From Coriobacteriia bacterium (GTDB taxonomy: Bacteria; Actinomycetota; Coriobacteriia; Anaerosomatales; PALSA-660): a stretch of 64,000 nucleotides of DNA. A model generated the notes under the pieces. It made no database searches, was not told the DNA's origin, and saw only the letters and a program-made list of their open reading frames with translations. Position numbers and translations under genes: made by a program. Numbering within the stretch: position 1 is the stretch's first letter; every line of letters starts with the position of its first letter. Shown one piece after another: positions 1-12,799 of the stretch. Location of the stretch: the NCBI GenBank assembly GCA_025361335.1, contig JANYAK010000011.1, positions 2,751-66,750 of the forward strand, given 5' to 3'.

Positions 1-295
1 CTTCAGCCTGCGTGAAGGGAAGGGGCGATCCCGCGGAGTCGAGCACGGTCACGTCGGTGATCGTGCCCGCGGGCGGAGTCTCCAGGTCCCAGTACACGCG
101 CGTGTAGTCGCCGGAGAAGTCGAACGAGCGCTTCTCCACCACGGCCAGCGATCCGTCCGGCGCGATGCGGGCCTCGATGCGGACCGTCGGCATCGAGAAC
201 GACTTCGCGAGGGCCCGCGAAGGCCCCGCGAGCGCGAGTAGCGCCAGCGTGACCGTGACGAGGGCGAGCCCGCGGCGGGGGAGGGTCGACATCAT
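1..295 (-). CDS. Exported/membrane protein, N-terminal fragment (DUF2207-like); continues beyond the window edge
   Basis: Reverse-strand ATGATG ends at 295 and is preceded by GAGGAG. Translation MMSTLPRRGLALVTVTLALLALAGPSRALA is a signal peptide, followed by RIEARIAPDGSLAVVEKRSFDFSGDY, which resembles DUF2207 N-termini. It is absent from the ORF track because it runs off the edge. Confidence 0.45.
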   Translation of the reverse strand, partial: MMSTLPRRGLALVTVTLALLALAGPSRALAKSFSMPTVRIEARIAPDGSLAVVEKRSFDFSGDYTRVYWDLETPPAGTITDVTVLDSAGSPLPFTQAE

Positions 296-345
296 GGAGG
301 CTCCTCGGGTCGGCGTCGGACGAGAGGGAAGCGAGTCGCCGCGCT

Positions 346-912
346 TCACCACATGTACGGGATCCTGGTCACAGTGCTGACGTTGAGTAGGACGTAGACC
401 ATCTTGACGATATCGACGATCACCACGAGCAGGACGAAGGTGCGGTAGTAGGTGAGCATACTGGCGTGGCGGCTCACGAACGATCGGCGCAACTCCGCTG
501 AACACGCCGCCCCCAAGCGGGCGTTGAGGCGAGCGATCCAGATCAAAAGGATCGCGTGAGCCCCGAGAAGGCCGCTAGCAACCAGAAGCCACAGCGGGTC
601 GGCCATCCGGCTGGCGGCCGTACCGGTCCCGAGCAGGCTGCCGAACACGCCGATGAGGGCGACGTAGGCGACAGGGAGAACGGCACAGGCGAACGCCGCG
701 GAATCTATGCTGAGGACCGCGCGCACGGCGGCCTGAGTGTCCACTCGCGAGGCATCGGAACCGAACGAGAGCGGCTCCGGCTCGCCGGGCGCCGGAAGGA
801 GCGCCCTGGCCAGAAAGGACGTCCGCGTGATGGATCTGAGGTACACGAGAGCCCCGACCGCGTAGACGGCCGACAGCATCAGGTAGACGTAGACGTACAC
901 CTTGGAGCCCAT
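346..912 (-). CDS. Hypothetical multi-pass membrane protein
   Basis: This is the inner start of the 346..1029 ORF: ATG at 910-912 with GGAGGG 4 nt upstream (MGSKVYVYVYLMLSAVYAVGALVYL). It has four or five hydrophobic segments and no family motif I recognise. It lies 50 bp upstream of the DUF2207-like gene. Confidence 0.45.
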   Translation of the reverse strand: MGSKVYVYVYLMLSAVYAVGALVYLRSITRTSFLARALLPAPGEPEPLSFGSDASRVDTQAAVRAVLSIDSAAFACAVLPVAYVALIGVFGSLLGTGTAASRMADPLWLLVASGLLGAHAILLIWIARLNARLGAACSAELRRSFVSRHASMLTYYRTFVLLVVIVDIVKMVYVLLNVSTVTRIPYMW

Positions 913-1067
913 ACGACCCTCCGGAACCGGCGATCCCTCCCCGAGACCCCTGCGCCAGTGTAGCGCACAGCATCGCGGAGCACGGAGGCTCCGGGGTCCG
1001 ACCTGCACCAGTGGGGTATGCTGGAGCACACTTTGCTGGGTACGACGTCATCGGACAGGAGCGATAG

Positions 1068-1799
1068 GTGTTCGAGATATTCCTTCAGCCGTCGAGCTGG
1101 ATCGCGATCGCCACTCTGACGCTGCTCGAGATCGTTCTCGGGATAGACAACATCGTGTTCATCGCGATCCTGTCGGCCCGTCTCCCGCGCGATACGCAGA
1201 AGACGGCGCAGCAGCTCGGCCTGGCGCTCGCCCTGTTGACTCGTCTCGTCCTGCTGTTCGCGATCTCATGGATCACGAGCCTTGAGCACCCGCTGTTCGT
1301 CGTGGCCGGATTCGGCGTGAGCGGCCGGGCGCTCATCCTCCTGGGAGGCGGTATCTTCCTGATCGTCAAGTCGACGCGGGAGATCTATGAGAAGACGGAG
1401 ATGGTCGAGGAGCACGGCGCACGGACAGCGGCGGTTGCGACCCTCGGCGCCGTCGTGGCTCAGATCGCGCTCATGGACATGATCTTCTCTCTGGATTCCA
1501 TCGTCACGGCGGTGGGCATGGTGAACAAGCTGCCCCTCATGGTGACGGCCATCGTGCTGGCCATGATCGTCATGATCGTGTTCGCCAACCGTGTGAGCAC
1601 CTTCATCAACGACCACCCGAGCCTGAAGATCCTTGCGCTGGCGTTCCTCCTGCTCATCGGCGTATTGCTGGTGGCCGAAGGCATGGGGCGCGAGTTCCCC
1701 CGGGGATATGTCTACTTTGCGATGGCGTTCGCGTTGGCTGTGGACCTGCTGCAGATGCGCTACGAGGCGAACGCGGCTCGGCACCGCCTGGAAGGGTAG
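1068..1799 (+). CDS. TerC family integral membrane protein
   Basis: 243-aa ORF with the LLEIVLGIDNIVFIAIL and SLDSIVTAVGM paired motifs typical of the TerC/YoaE family. Confidence 0.85.
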   Translation: MFEIFLQPSSWIAIATLTLLEIVLGIDNIVFIAILSARLPRDTQKTAQQLGLALALLTRLVLLFAISWITSLEHPLFVVAGFGVSGRALILLGGGIFLIVKSTREIYEKTEMVEEHGARTAAVATLGAVVAQIALMDMIFSLDSIVTAVGMVNKLPLMVTAIVLAMIVMIVFANRVSTFINDHPSLKILALAFLLLIGVLLVAEGMGREFPRGYVYFAMAFALAVDLLQMRYEANAARHRLEG

Positions 1800-1822
1800 G
1801 GGCCGGCGCCGAGCAGGATCCG

Positions 1823-2767
1823 CTAGGGCTGCGCCGGCACCATGAAGGTCGCTGCGAGCGGTAGTACCTTGGCCGAGAACGGGGTCGATGCGCCCAGCGT
1901 CTCGCCGTCCGCCTGGAGGGGGAGAGCGGGGGTGGCCGTGACGTCGACCCGGCGGGCGCGGTAGGTGTCGAACACCTGGCTGCGGTCGGGGAAGTCCCCG
2001 ATGCGGTCGAGCATCGCCGCCATGACCGCCGGCAACAGGTCCGTCATATGCCGCGCCTTGATGACGACCACTTCCAGAAGGCCGTCCGTGCCGTCGCTAT
2101 CGTGGATCACCGACAGGTCGAACTGGATCCGCGCAAAGTTGACCAGGAGAAGGGCGCTCCCCTCGGTCTCGACGAGACGGCCGTCGATCTCCATGCTGAT
2201 GTCGGCGACGGTCGGCTGCAGGATCTGGATGGCCCCGACGAGGTAGGCGCCGGCGCCGATCGAGTCCTTCAGTCCGCGCGCGCGCTCCATGATGTCGGCG
2301 TCGAATCCGGCGCCGGCGATGCCGGTGAACCCCATCTTACGCTTGACTCGCGGCCTGGCGAGTCGCCGTCGCTCGCGTGGCACGTCCTCGGGGGGTGTCG
2401 CGTACGACAGTTCGCCGAGGTCGGTGCGGAGCACATCTCCCGTGAGCGTGGTCTCGGCCAGCCTCAACGGATCCAGCGGGATGCCCAGGTTCAAAGCGAT
2501 CAGGTTCGCCGTTCCCGACGGGTACGGCAGAAGCGGGATGCCCGTCCCCCGCAGCACGTGCGCCGCCGCCGAGACGGTGCCGTCCCCGCCTGAGGCCACC
2601 ACCCGGTCGAAGTTTCGCGCGTCGCGTAGAGCCCCGGACAGGTCCGCGCCGGGGATGAGCGGCCTGAGCGTGACCTCCGCACCTCTGGCGCCGAGTTCGC
2701 GCACGTAGTCGTACAGCCCCGCGTCGCCTTGGCCGGACCTCGGATTGTTGACGACCAGCACCTTCAT
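1823..2767 (-). CDS. Diacylglycerol kinase family lipid kinase (YegS/DagK-like)
   Basis: MKVLVVNNPRSGQG start and a GGDGTVSAAAHVL motif. The start was trimmed to the ATG at 2765-2767. Confidence 0.8.
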   Translation of the reverse strand: MKVLVVNNPRSGQGDAGLYDYVRELGARGAEVTLRPLIPGADLSGALRDARNFDRVVASGGDGTVSAAAHVLRGTGIPLLPYPSGTANLIALNLGIPLDPLRLAETTLTGDVLRTDLGELSYATPPEDVPRERRRLARPRVKRKMGFTGIAGAGFDADIMERARGLKDSIGAGAYLVGAIQILQPTVADISMEIDGRLVETEGSALLLVNFARIQFDLSVIHDSDGTDGLLEVVVIKARHMTDLLPAVMAAMLDRIGDFPDRSQVFDTYRARRVDVTATPALPLQADGETLGASTPFSAKVLPLAATFMVPAQP

Positions 2768-2864
2768 CGGCTGCGGCCCCTCGCCCTGTCGCATCGCACG
2801 CGCGTCTGTTTGATGTTAGCCCACCCTGCGGGATACTGTTACAGCCTGCGTGTGGACCGGAAGC

Positions 2865-4034
2865 ATGATGCCCGACGAAGGAGCCCGCTTGTTCGCACAC
2901 GACCCCGAGACGCTCGCCTCTATAACGCGGGCCGCCCGCGAGGCCGGGGTGCTGGCTCTGGACACCGAGTTCATGCGGGAGAAGACCTACTACGCCAAAC
3001 TGTGCCTTCTCCAGCTGGCGGTCGATGACGCTGCGTGGATCGTGGACCCGTTCAAGGTCCCCGATCTCGGTCCTCTCGCGGAAGCCCTTCTCGATCCGGC
3101 CGTCATCAAAGTCGTTCACGCAGGCAGTCAGGACATCGAGATCCTGACTCGGATCCTCGGCCGCCCTCCCGGACCGGTGTTCGACACGCAGGTGGCCGCG
3201 ACCCTGGCGGGTTCCGCGGCGCAGGTCGGCTACGCGCGGCTCGTCAAGGACATGTTCGATGTCGACGTGGACAAGTCGGACACGTACTCGGACTGGTCGA
3301 GGCGCCCCTTGACTCCTGCGCAGGTCGAGTACGCCGTCGCCGACGTCACGTACCTGCCTGAGATGTACCGGCGCCTCTCCGACCGGCTTCGTTCCGAAGG
3401 GCGTATGGAGTGGCTCGAGGCCGATCTCGCCGCGCTGTCGGACCCGGCCACCTATGAGGTCGTCCCTGAGATGCAGTTCATGCGCATCAAACGCGCATCG
3501 TCCCTCAGCCGCCGGCATCTCGCGGTGCTGAGGGAAGTCGCGGCGTGGCGGGAGCGAGAGGCACAGCGCCGCGACCTGCCGCGCCGATGGGTCGTCTCCG
3601 ACGAGACCCTGGTGGAGGTGGCGCGACGGCAACCTCGGGACGCCGCCTCGCTCGTGGAGGTCAGGGGCATGAACGTCCGCGCCTTGGGCGACGGAGGAGC
3701 GGGCCTGCTCGACGCGGTCGGACGCGGAGTCGCGCTGCCCGAGGAGGAACTTCCCCGGATGGCGCACCGCCACCGCGCCGATATCGACGTCGACGGTATC
3801 GTCGAGCTCATGGGCGCGCTCGTGCGCGTGCGTGCGGGCCAGCATGGTGTCGCGGTGCCGCTGCTGGCGGCGAGGGCGGACCTGGAGCGTCTGGCGGGCG
3901 GTGAGCGGGAGCAGAGTCCCCTGCTCCAAGGCTGGAGGCGGTCACTGATCGGCGAGGAGCTCGTGGAACTCGCCGAGGGGCGGCTCTCCCTGCGCGTCGG
4001 TGGAGGCAAGATCGTTCCCGAGCGGGTCGAGTGA
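2865..4034 (+). CDS. rnd: Ribonuclease D (DEDD 3'-5' exonuclease with HRDC domain)
   Basis: LALDTEF, HAGSQDIEIL and YAVADVTYL exonuclease motifs. An HRDC-like segment follows (RRHLAVLREVAAWREREAQRRDLPRRWVVSDETLVEVA). The start is ambiguous: GTG 2850, ATG 2865 or ATG 2868. Confidence 0.8.
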   Translation: MMPDEGARLFAHDPETLASITRAAREAGVLALDTEFMREKTYYAKLCLLQLAVDDAAWIVDPFKVPDLGPLAEALLDPAVIKVVHAGSQDIEILTRILGRPPGPVFDTQVAATLAGSAAQVGYARLVKDMFDVDVDKSDTYSDWSRRPLTPAQVEYAVADVTYLPEMYRRLSDRLRSEGRMEWLEADLAALSDPATYEVVPEMQFMRIKRASSLSRRHLAVLREVAAWREREAQRRDLPRRWVVSDETLVEVARRQPRDAASLVEVRGMNVRALGDGGAGLLDAVGRGVALPEEELPRMAHRHRADIDVDGIVELMGALVRVRAGQHGVAVPLLAARADLERLAGGEREQSPLLQGWRRSLIGEELVELAEGRLSLRVGGGKIVPERVE

Positions 4035-4103
4035 ACCGGTAGGAGTCTGGTCGGGAACCGGTAGGAGGCTCGCGCGACACTGGTCGCGTCGAGAGGCGCG
4101 CAC

Positions 4104-5384
<1,281 letters not shown>

Positions 5385-5417
5385 AATCGTGGCGCCGAAC
5401 CGTGAAGGGGGGCCTGA

Positions 5418-6698
5418 GTGATCGAACCGACCCGAGCTCTGACCGTGTCCGAGGCCATGTTCGCCGCCAAGAGGGCGCTCGAGCACCTCGCCCTGAGGGT
5501 CATCGGAGAGGTCTCGGAGGTCACCGACCGTCCGGGATACAAGGCCGTGTACTTCACGCTTGGGGACGGGGCCTCCGTGCTGCCCTGTCTGGCGTGGCGC
5601 GACGTGTTCGATTCGTGCGGTGTGACCATGCGGGCAGGGATGCTCGTCGAGGTGACGGGCGGGATGACCGCGTACGCGGCGAAGGGGAGGATGCAGTTCC
5701 AGGTCCGCTCCATCGCGGCGGCGGGGGAGGGAGTCCTGCGGATGCAGGTCGCCGCCGTGGCTCGGAAGCTCGAGGCCGAAGGGCTGATGGGGCCGGGGCG
5801 CAAGCGCGACCTGCCTCCCTACCCGGATCGCATCGGCCTGGTGACCTCCCCACGGGGCAAGGCGGTCCACGACGTCATACGCACGCTTCGACGCCGATAT
5901 CCGGCGGCGGAACTCGTCGTCGCCGGCGTGCCGGTCGAGGGCGTCGCTGCTGTCGCGCACATCGTGGATGGGCTTCGCCGCATCGGCGAGGAGGGCGTCG
6001 ACGTGATCATCCTCGCGCGCGGAGGCGGCTCCTATGAGGACCTGATGCCCTTCAACGACGAGGCCGTCGCCCGGGCGATCGCGGCATGCCCCGCCCCAGT
6101 GGTGACGGGGATCGGCCACGAGCCGGACACGACGATCGCGGACATGGTGGCGGATGTGAGGGCGTCCACTCCCACCGCAGCCGCGGAGGCGGTCGCTCCG
6201 GCGACTCAGGAGGTCGAGGCCCGCTTCGCCGGCGCGGGGGCGCTGCTGGCACGAAGCCTGCGGCACGCGGCCCAGCGAGCTTCGCACAGGCTCGAGTCGC
6301 TTTCGGGGCGGCCCGTCCTGAGCGACCCCCGGACGCTTCTCGCGACCCCGGCCCAGCGGCTCGACCTTGCGGCGGCCGGGTTGGATCGGGCGCTCCCGGG
6401 GTGCCTGTCGCGGGAGCGCGAGCGCCTCGCATACGCACGGCTCTCCCTGCCACGCGCCGCGCGGGAGAACCTCCTGCGCCGCAGCGAGCAGGAACGGCTG
6501 ATGGCGGCGCGATTGGCGGACCTTTCGCCCCTCGGTATCCTCGGCCGAGGGTACGCCGTATGCTATGACGAGTCGGGCCGGCGGGTGGTGCGTTCGGCCG
6601 GAGAGTTGAGGCCGGGGGACAGGGTGCGTGTCAGACTGCACCGGGGTCTCGCGGGGTGTCTCGTAGAGAGCGTCGACCAGGAGGAGACTGATGGCTGA
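5418..6698 (+). CDS. xseA: Exodeoxyribonuclease VII large subunit
   Basis: N-terminal OB fold, IGLVTSPRGKAVHDV, ARGGGS.EDL and TGIGHE.D motifs. It overlaps xseB by 8 nt. Confidence 0.9.
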   Translation: MIEPTRALTVSEAMFAAKRALEHLALRVIGEVSEVTDRPGYKAVYFTLGDGASVLPCLAWRDVFDSCGVTMRAGMLVEVTGGMTAYAAKGRMQFQVRSIAAAGEGVLRMQVAAVARKLEAEGLMGPGRKRDLPPYPDRIGLVTSPRGKAVHDVIRTLRRRYPAAELVVAGVPVEGVAAVAHIVDGLRRIGEEGVDVIILARGGGSYEDLMPFNDEAVARAIAACPAPVVTGIGHEPDTTIADMVADVRASTPTAAAEAVAPATQEVEARFAGAGALLARSLRHAAQRASHRLESLSGRPVLSDPRTLLATPAQRLDLAAAGLDRALPGCLSRERERLAYARLSLPRAARENLLRRSEQERLMAARLADLSPLGILGRGYAVCYDESGRRVVRSAGELRPGDRVRVRLHRGLAGCLVESVDQEETDG

Positions 6699-6933
6699 GC
6701 CGGAACGCGCCGCGGAAGATCTGCGCTTCTCAGAGGCGCTGTCGGAGCTCGAATCGATCGTGGCCGCTCTCGAGGGGGGCCAGTTGGATCTCGAGGACAG
6801 TCTCGCGCGATACGAGCGTGGTGTCGCTCTGCTTCGCGCCGGTCAAGCCAAGCTCGCGAAGGCGGAACAGCGTGTGACCATGCTGATGGGCGAGCTCGAC
6901 ACGGTCGAGAACGAGGATACGGATCCCGCCTGA
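6691..6933 (+). CDS. xseB: Exodeoxyribonuclease VII small subunit
   Basis: 80 aa with FSEALSELESIVAALEGGQLDLEDSLARYERG, the typical XseB sequence, located immediately after xseA. Confidence 0.85.
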   Translation: MAEPERAAEDLRFSEALSELESIVAALEGGQLDLEDSLARYERGVALLRAGQAKLAKAEQRVTMLMGELDTVENEDTDPA

Positions 6934-6978
6934 CGGGCGGCCGCGACGGGACCTCCCGTGTCGACGATGGAGGATCGA

Positions 6979-7326
6979 ATGGACAACTGCATCTTCTGCA
7001 TGATCGCCGGCCATACGCTCGACGCACGGGTCGTGTACGAAGACGACCTCGTGCTCGCCTTCGACGACATCACGCCCCAAGCACCGGTGCACACGTTGAT
7101 CATCCCCAAGTGCCACTACGCGGACATGAGCGACAACGTCCCGCCCGCGGTGATGACGGCGCTCTTCACCGCCGTGCCCAAGGTGGCGGCGCTCAAGGGC
7201 GTCGATACCACCGGATATCGCGTGATCGTCAACAACGGGCGGGACGCCTCGCAGTCCGTGGCGCACCTGCACGTACATCTCCTGGGCGGACGATCGATGT
7301 CACACGGTATGGTCAGCTTCGGCTAG
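6979..7326 (+). CDS. HIT (histidine triad) family protein
   Basis: CIFC start and the HLHVHLLGG histidine triad. The ATG at 6979 is preceded by GGAGGA. Confidence 0.85.
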   Translation: MDNCIFCMIAGHTLDARVVYEDDLVLAFDDITPQAPVHTLIIPKCHYADMSDNVPPAVMTALFTAVPKVAALKGVDTTGYRVIVNNGRDASQSVAHLHVHLLGGRSMSHGMVSFG

Positions 7327-7334
7327 GAGGACGA

Positions 7335-8189
7335 GTGCCCGCCGCAAATCGTGCCGTCTGGATCGTCACCGACAGCACGTCGGACCTGCTCCGCGATGTC
7401 GCGGAGGGACTCGACGTGATGATCGTCCCGCTGAACGTGACGGTGGGTACGGAGACATTCAGAGACGGCGACCTCACCCAAGCCGAGTTCTTCGACCGGA
7501 TGGGGCGCGCGTCGCGCCTGCCGACGACGAGTCAGCCATCGGTCGGGGCGTTCGTCGAAGCCTACGAGGCGGCGCTCGAGAAGGCGCCGGATGTGGTGTC
7601 GATCCACATCTCGTCCTCGCTCTCGGGCACCATCGACTCGGCGAGTCAGGCGGCCGAGCAGTTCGCCGGACACGTGCACGTGTTCGACTCGCGCAACCTC
7701 TCTGGGGGTCTGGCGCTGCAGGTGATCGCCGCCGCGCGCGAGGCGCAGGCGGGTAGTGGCGTCGAGCGCGTCCTCGAGGTCGCGGAGTCGGCGCGCGACC
7801 GTGCGCGCATGATCGTCGGCGTGGACAGGCTCGACAACCTCGCCAAGGGCGGGCGCATCGGCGCGGTCTCCGCGTTCCTCGGAGGACTGCTCAATCTCAA
7901 GGTCACGTTCACGGTCGACCGCGAGGGCAAGTTCGAGCCCGTTGGCAGGGTCCGCGGGGCGACAGCCGCGCTGGAAGCCACGCTGGACTGGGTCGGCGCC
8001 CAACTGGGCGAACGCAAGAGGGGCGCATTCCTCGTGTTGCATGCTATGTCACACGACAACGCGGCGTGGCTTCGGCAGCGCATCGAGGAAGCGTTCGACG
8101 TGGTCGAGTTGCAAGTCGTGGAGGTCGGCGTGGTGATTGCGACCCACACGGGGACCGGATGGGGAGTCGCGGTCCTGCCGATGGACTAG
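7335..8189 (+). CDS. DegV family fatty-acid-binding protein
   Basis: WIVTDSTSDL, TSQPS and ISSSLSGT motifs. The start was trimmed to the GTG at 7335 because the upstream part of the track ORF overlaps the HIT gene. Confidence 0.85.
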   Translation: MPAANRAVWIVTDSTSDLLRDVAEGLDVMIVPLNVTVGTETFRDGDLTQAEFFDRMGRASRLPTTSQPSVGAFVEAYEAALEKAPDVVSIHISSSLSGTIDSASQAAEQFAGHVHVFDSRNLSGGLALQVIAAAREAQAGSGVERVLEVAESARDRARMIVGVDRLDNLAKGGRIGAVSAFLGGLLNLKVTFTVDREGKFEPVGRVRGATAALEATLDWVGAQLGERKRGAFLVLHAMSHDNAAWLRQRIEEAFDVVELQVVEVGVVIATHTGTGWGVAVLPMD

Positions 8190-8226
8190 CGCGCGTGGTC
8201 CGCGTCCGTGGCACCCCGTACAACGG

Positions 8227-8256
8227 GACGAGCCCGGCCTTCGGGCCGGGCTCGTC
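8227..8256 (+). terminator. Stem-loop terminator after degV
   Basis: Perfect 13-bp stem, gacgagcccggcc / ggccgggctcgtc, with a TTCG loop, 38 nt after the stop. The T tract is weak. Confidence 0.6.
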
Positions 8257-8709
8257 GTATTCCTTCCCTGTTTACCCCTGAGTCTCATGATGGTCCCGCT
8301 CATGCGGTCCCATCGGACACAACGTCGCTGAAGAGTGCCGGCTCCCGCGCCTGCGGTGTCCATAACCCGCGTTCGGATTCCCCGAATGCGGACACAAGGG
8401 AAGGGAAACTTCGAAAGAAACTGTCAACGCGGCAACCTTACCGCACGGCGTCCGTCTCCGCAACGCCATTCGAGGAGTTGGGCGCGCGCCGCGGGTCGAG
8501 CGGTCCTTCGGCGCGGCTTTCGCCGCCGCACACCGACGAAACATGCCGCCCACCCCCATGTCTGCGGACAGCGGGCCGGCCGGACGAGAATACTGATCAT
8601 GCGGCCACAGAAGGGCGCGGGTGACAAGGGCCCGACGGCGCCGTCACTCATGAGGGCGGGTGGGAGACCCGTCCGAACGGACCCGATGCGCGAGATGAGG
8701 GAGGCGAGC

Positions 8710-10692
<1,983 letters not shown>

Positions 10693-10725
10693 AGCACACG
10701 CCGCGTCGTGGGCGCGTGCAGGTAC

Positions 10726-10763
10726 GATGAGGGCCGGCGACAGCGTTCGCGCCGGCCCTCATC
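10726..10763 (+). terminator. Stem-loop terminator after acs
   Basis: Perfect 14-bp stem, gatgagggccggcg / cgccggccctcatc, 34 nt after the acs stop, with no U tract. Confidence 0.55.
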
Positions 10764-10846
10764 GCGTGCGGCCCGCGCGGCGAGTGCGGGCATCCGTGCT
10801 GATACACTGGCCGGGTACGCACGCCGAGGGAAAGGACCGCTGGCAC

Positions 10847-11893
10847 ATGTCGAAGACAGGGGTTCTGCTCACCGCTTTCGGCGCTCCGCGGGGGCTCGAG
10901 GATCTCGATGCATTCCTCTTGGCTGTCTCGGGCGCGGCGCCGACGGCCGACACGCTGTCGGTCGAGCGGCGCAAGCTGCTCACGATCGGGGGAGGCTCAC
11001 CGCTGCACGCCGGGGCCGAGAGGGTCGCGGCGCAGCTTGAGCGCCGCCTCAGCGGGTTGCCTGCCGCGGTGGCCACTCCCGGCGAGGACGACGGGCTTGG
11101 CTTCGGGCTCCCCGGAGCGGACGCGATCGTGTCGCGATCGCTGCGGACGCTTGGGGAAGTCGTCGCCCCCGTCGAGGTAGGCATGCTGTACGGGAACCCG
11201 AGCATGGCCGAAGCCGCGCGTACCCTCAAGGAGAGGGGAGCCGAGCGGATCGTCCACGTCCGCCTGTCGCCGTTCGGATCGGCGATGTCGGACGAGGGGT
11301 GGCTCGAGGCAGTGGCGGGAGCCGTCGAGGGAGCGGGCGTGGAGTGGTCGGACGCTCCCGGTTGGGGCACGACGGACGGATTCGTCGCGTTGGCGGCCGA
11401 CGCGTGCATCGCCGCGCGCGAAGAGCTGCCCGGCGAGGCGCGGACTCTGGTCGTCTTCGTGGTGCCGAGCCCGGCTGGAGCGAGGACGGGCGGCGGACCG
11501 GTTCGGACCGACGCCGAGGACGCGGCGGCGCGGGTCGCCGCGCTCTGCGGACTGGGGCCGGTGACCGTGGGCGGGGCGGGCCTGGCCGGCATTGCGGGGG
11601 TCGGCGGATCCGCCGGCAAGTCGCCGTGGCTGATCACCCTTTCCGGCGAGGCGGACGGAGCCGAGGGTGAGCTGCTCGGGATCATCGACGCGGCAGCCGC
11701 CGGGGCGTTCGCGGCGGTGGAGGTGTGCCCCATGGGGTGGATCGTCGCGGACGCGTGGACCGCATACGACCTCGACGTGATCGCGGCCGAGCGGGCGTTC
11801 GGGCTCGACATGGACTTCGGTCGCTCCCGCGTCCCGGGAGAGGAGCCGGCGATGATCGAGGTGCTCGAGCGGGCGGTGCGGCAGAGCGCCTGA
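10847..11893 (+). CDS. Ferrochelatase-like (class II chelatase fold) protein, divergent
   Basis: The N-terminus GVLLTAFGAPRGLEDLDAFL...IGGGSPL follows the ferrochelatase pattern. The central and C-terminal regions are Ala/Gly-rich and poorly conserved. Start set at the ATG at 10847. Confidence 0.45.
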   Translation: MSKTGVLLTAFGAPRGLEDLDAFLLAVSGAAPTADTLSVERRKLLTIGGGSPLHAGAERVAAQLERRLSGLPAAVATPGEDDGLGFGLPGADAIVSRSLRTLGEVVAPVEVGMLYGNPSMAEAARTLKERGAERIVHVRLSPFGSAMSDEGWLEAVAGAVEGAGVEWSDAPGWGTTDGFVALAADACIAAREELPGEARTLVVFVVPSPAGARTGGGPVRTDAEDAAARVAALCGLGPVTVGGAGLAGIAGVGGSAGKSPWLITLSGEADGAEGELLGIIDAAAAGAFAAVEVCPMGWIVADAWTAYDLDVIAAERAFGLDMDFGRSRVPGEEPAMIEVLERAVRQSA

Positions 11894-11919
11894 CGGCGTT
11901 TCAGTCTTCTCGTCCGGCG

Positions 11920-12747
11920 TCAGGCGCGCGGAGGCCATCCTTCGGCGGCGAATCGAGTGATCGCCTCCAGCAGCACCGGATGGAGCCTCGGCCCGGCTGC
12001 CAAGTGGTCGGCCGTCTCGATGGTCCACGGTGAGCCGTCGATAGCGGACACGACCGCTCCCGCCTCGCGGAGGATGACCACGCCCGCGGCGGTATCCCAG
12101 GGCTTGAGGGCGTACTCCCAGAAGCCGTCAGCGCGGCCCGCGGCGACGTGGCAGCAGTCGATCGCCGCCGACCCGTCTCGCCGCAGGCCGTGCACGAGGC
12201 GCACCATCCGCGTCATGACGGCGAGCTGGCGGTCCAGCGTGGCGGTGCGGTCGTAGGGGAACCCGGTGATGAGCAGGGCGTGCTCGATGGCGTCCACGTC
12301 GCTGCAGTGGATCGATCGCCCGTCGAGTGTGGCGCCGGCGCCGTCGGCTGCCGACGTCATCTCGCCGGTGGCCGCGTTGCCGACCGCACCGGCGACGGGC
12401 TGTCCATCGCGAACCAGCGCCACCGACACGGAGTAGCACGGATAGCCGTGTACGAAGGAAGTGGTGCCGTCCAGGGGGTCGACGACCCAGACCTCCGGGT
12501 CTTTCAGCGTTCCTCGGCGGACTCCAGCCAGGTCGTAGACCTCCGGCTCCTCGATGACGAAGCGCGCGGAGGGCATCCTCTGGCCGATCGCACGGGCGAC
12601 AGCCACTCCGGAGGCGATGTCCGCCTCGCTGACCAGATCGCTGGCGGATGACTTGGTCCGCACTCGACCGGCGTTGCCCAGGTGAGCGCGCAGGACATCG
12701 ACTCCGGCCGATGCGGCCTCACGCGCGATCTCGAGCACGTCCGCCAC
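11920..12747 (-). CDS. Inositol monophosphatase family protein
   Basis: WVVDPLDGTTSFVHG and WDTAAG motifs. Confidence 0.85.
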   Translation of the reverse strand: MADVLEIAREAASAGVDVLRAHLGNAGRVRTKSSASDLVSEADIASGVAVARAIGQRMPSARFVIEEPEVYDLAGVRRGTLKDPEVWVVDPLDGTTSFVHGYPCYSVSVALVRDGQPVAGAVGNAATGEMTSAADGAGATLDGRSIHCSDVDAIEHALLITGFPYDRTATLDRQLAVMTRMVRLVHGLRRDGSAAIDCCHVAAGRADGFWEYALKPWDTAAGVVILREAGAVVSAIDGSPWTIETADHLAAGPRLHPVLLEAITRFAAEGWPPRA

Positions 12748-12799
12748 TGGATCTTCGCCTCCACTCTCCGCCGTTGCTCCGCCGTCCGCGTAGCGGACC

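Noticed and set aside
8335-8709. The 125-codon N-terminal extension of the acs ORF in the track.
   Set aside because: It is Arg/Pro/Gly-rich, has no RBS, and acs homologues start near MSESIES. A GAGGGAGG RBS precedes the ATG at 8710.
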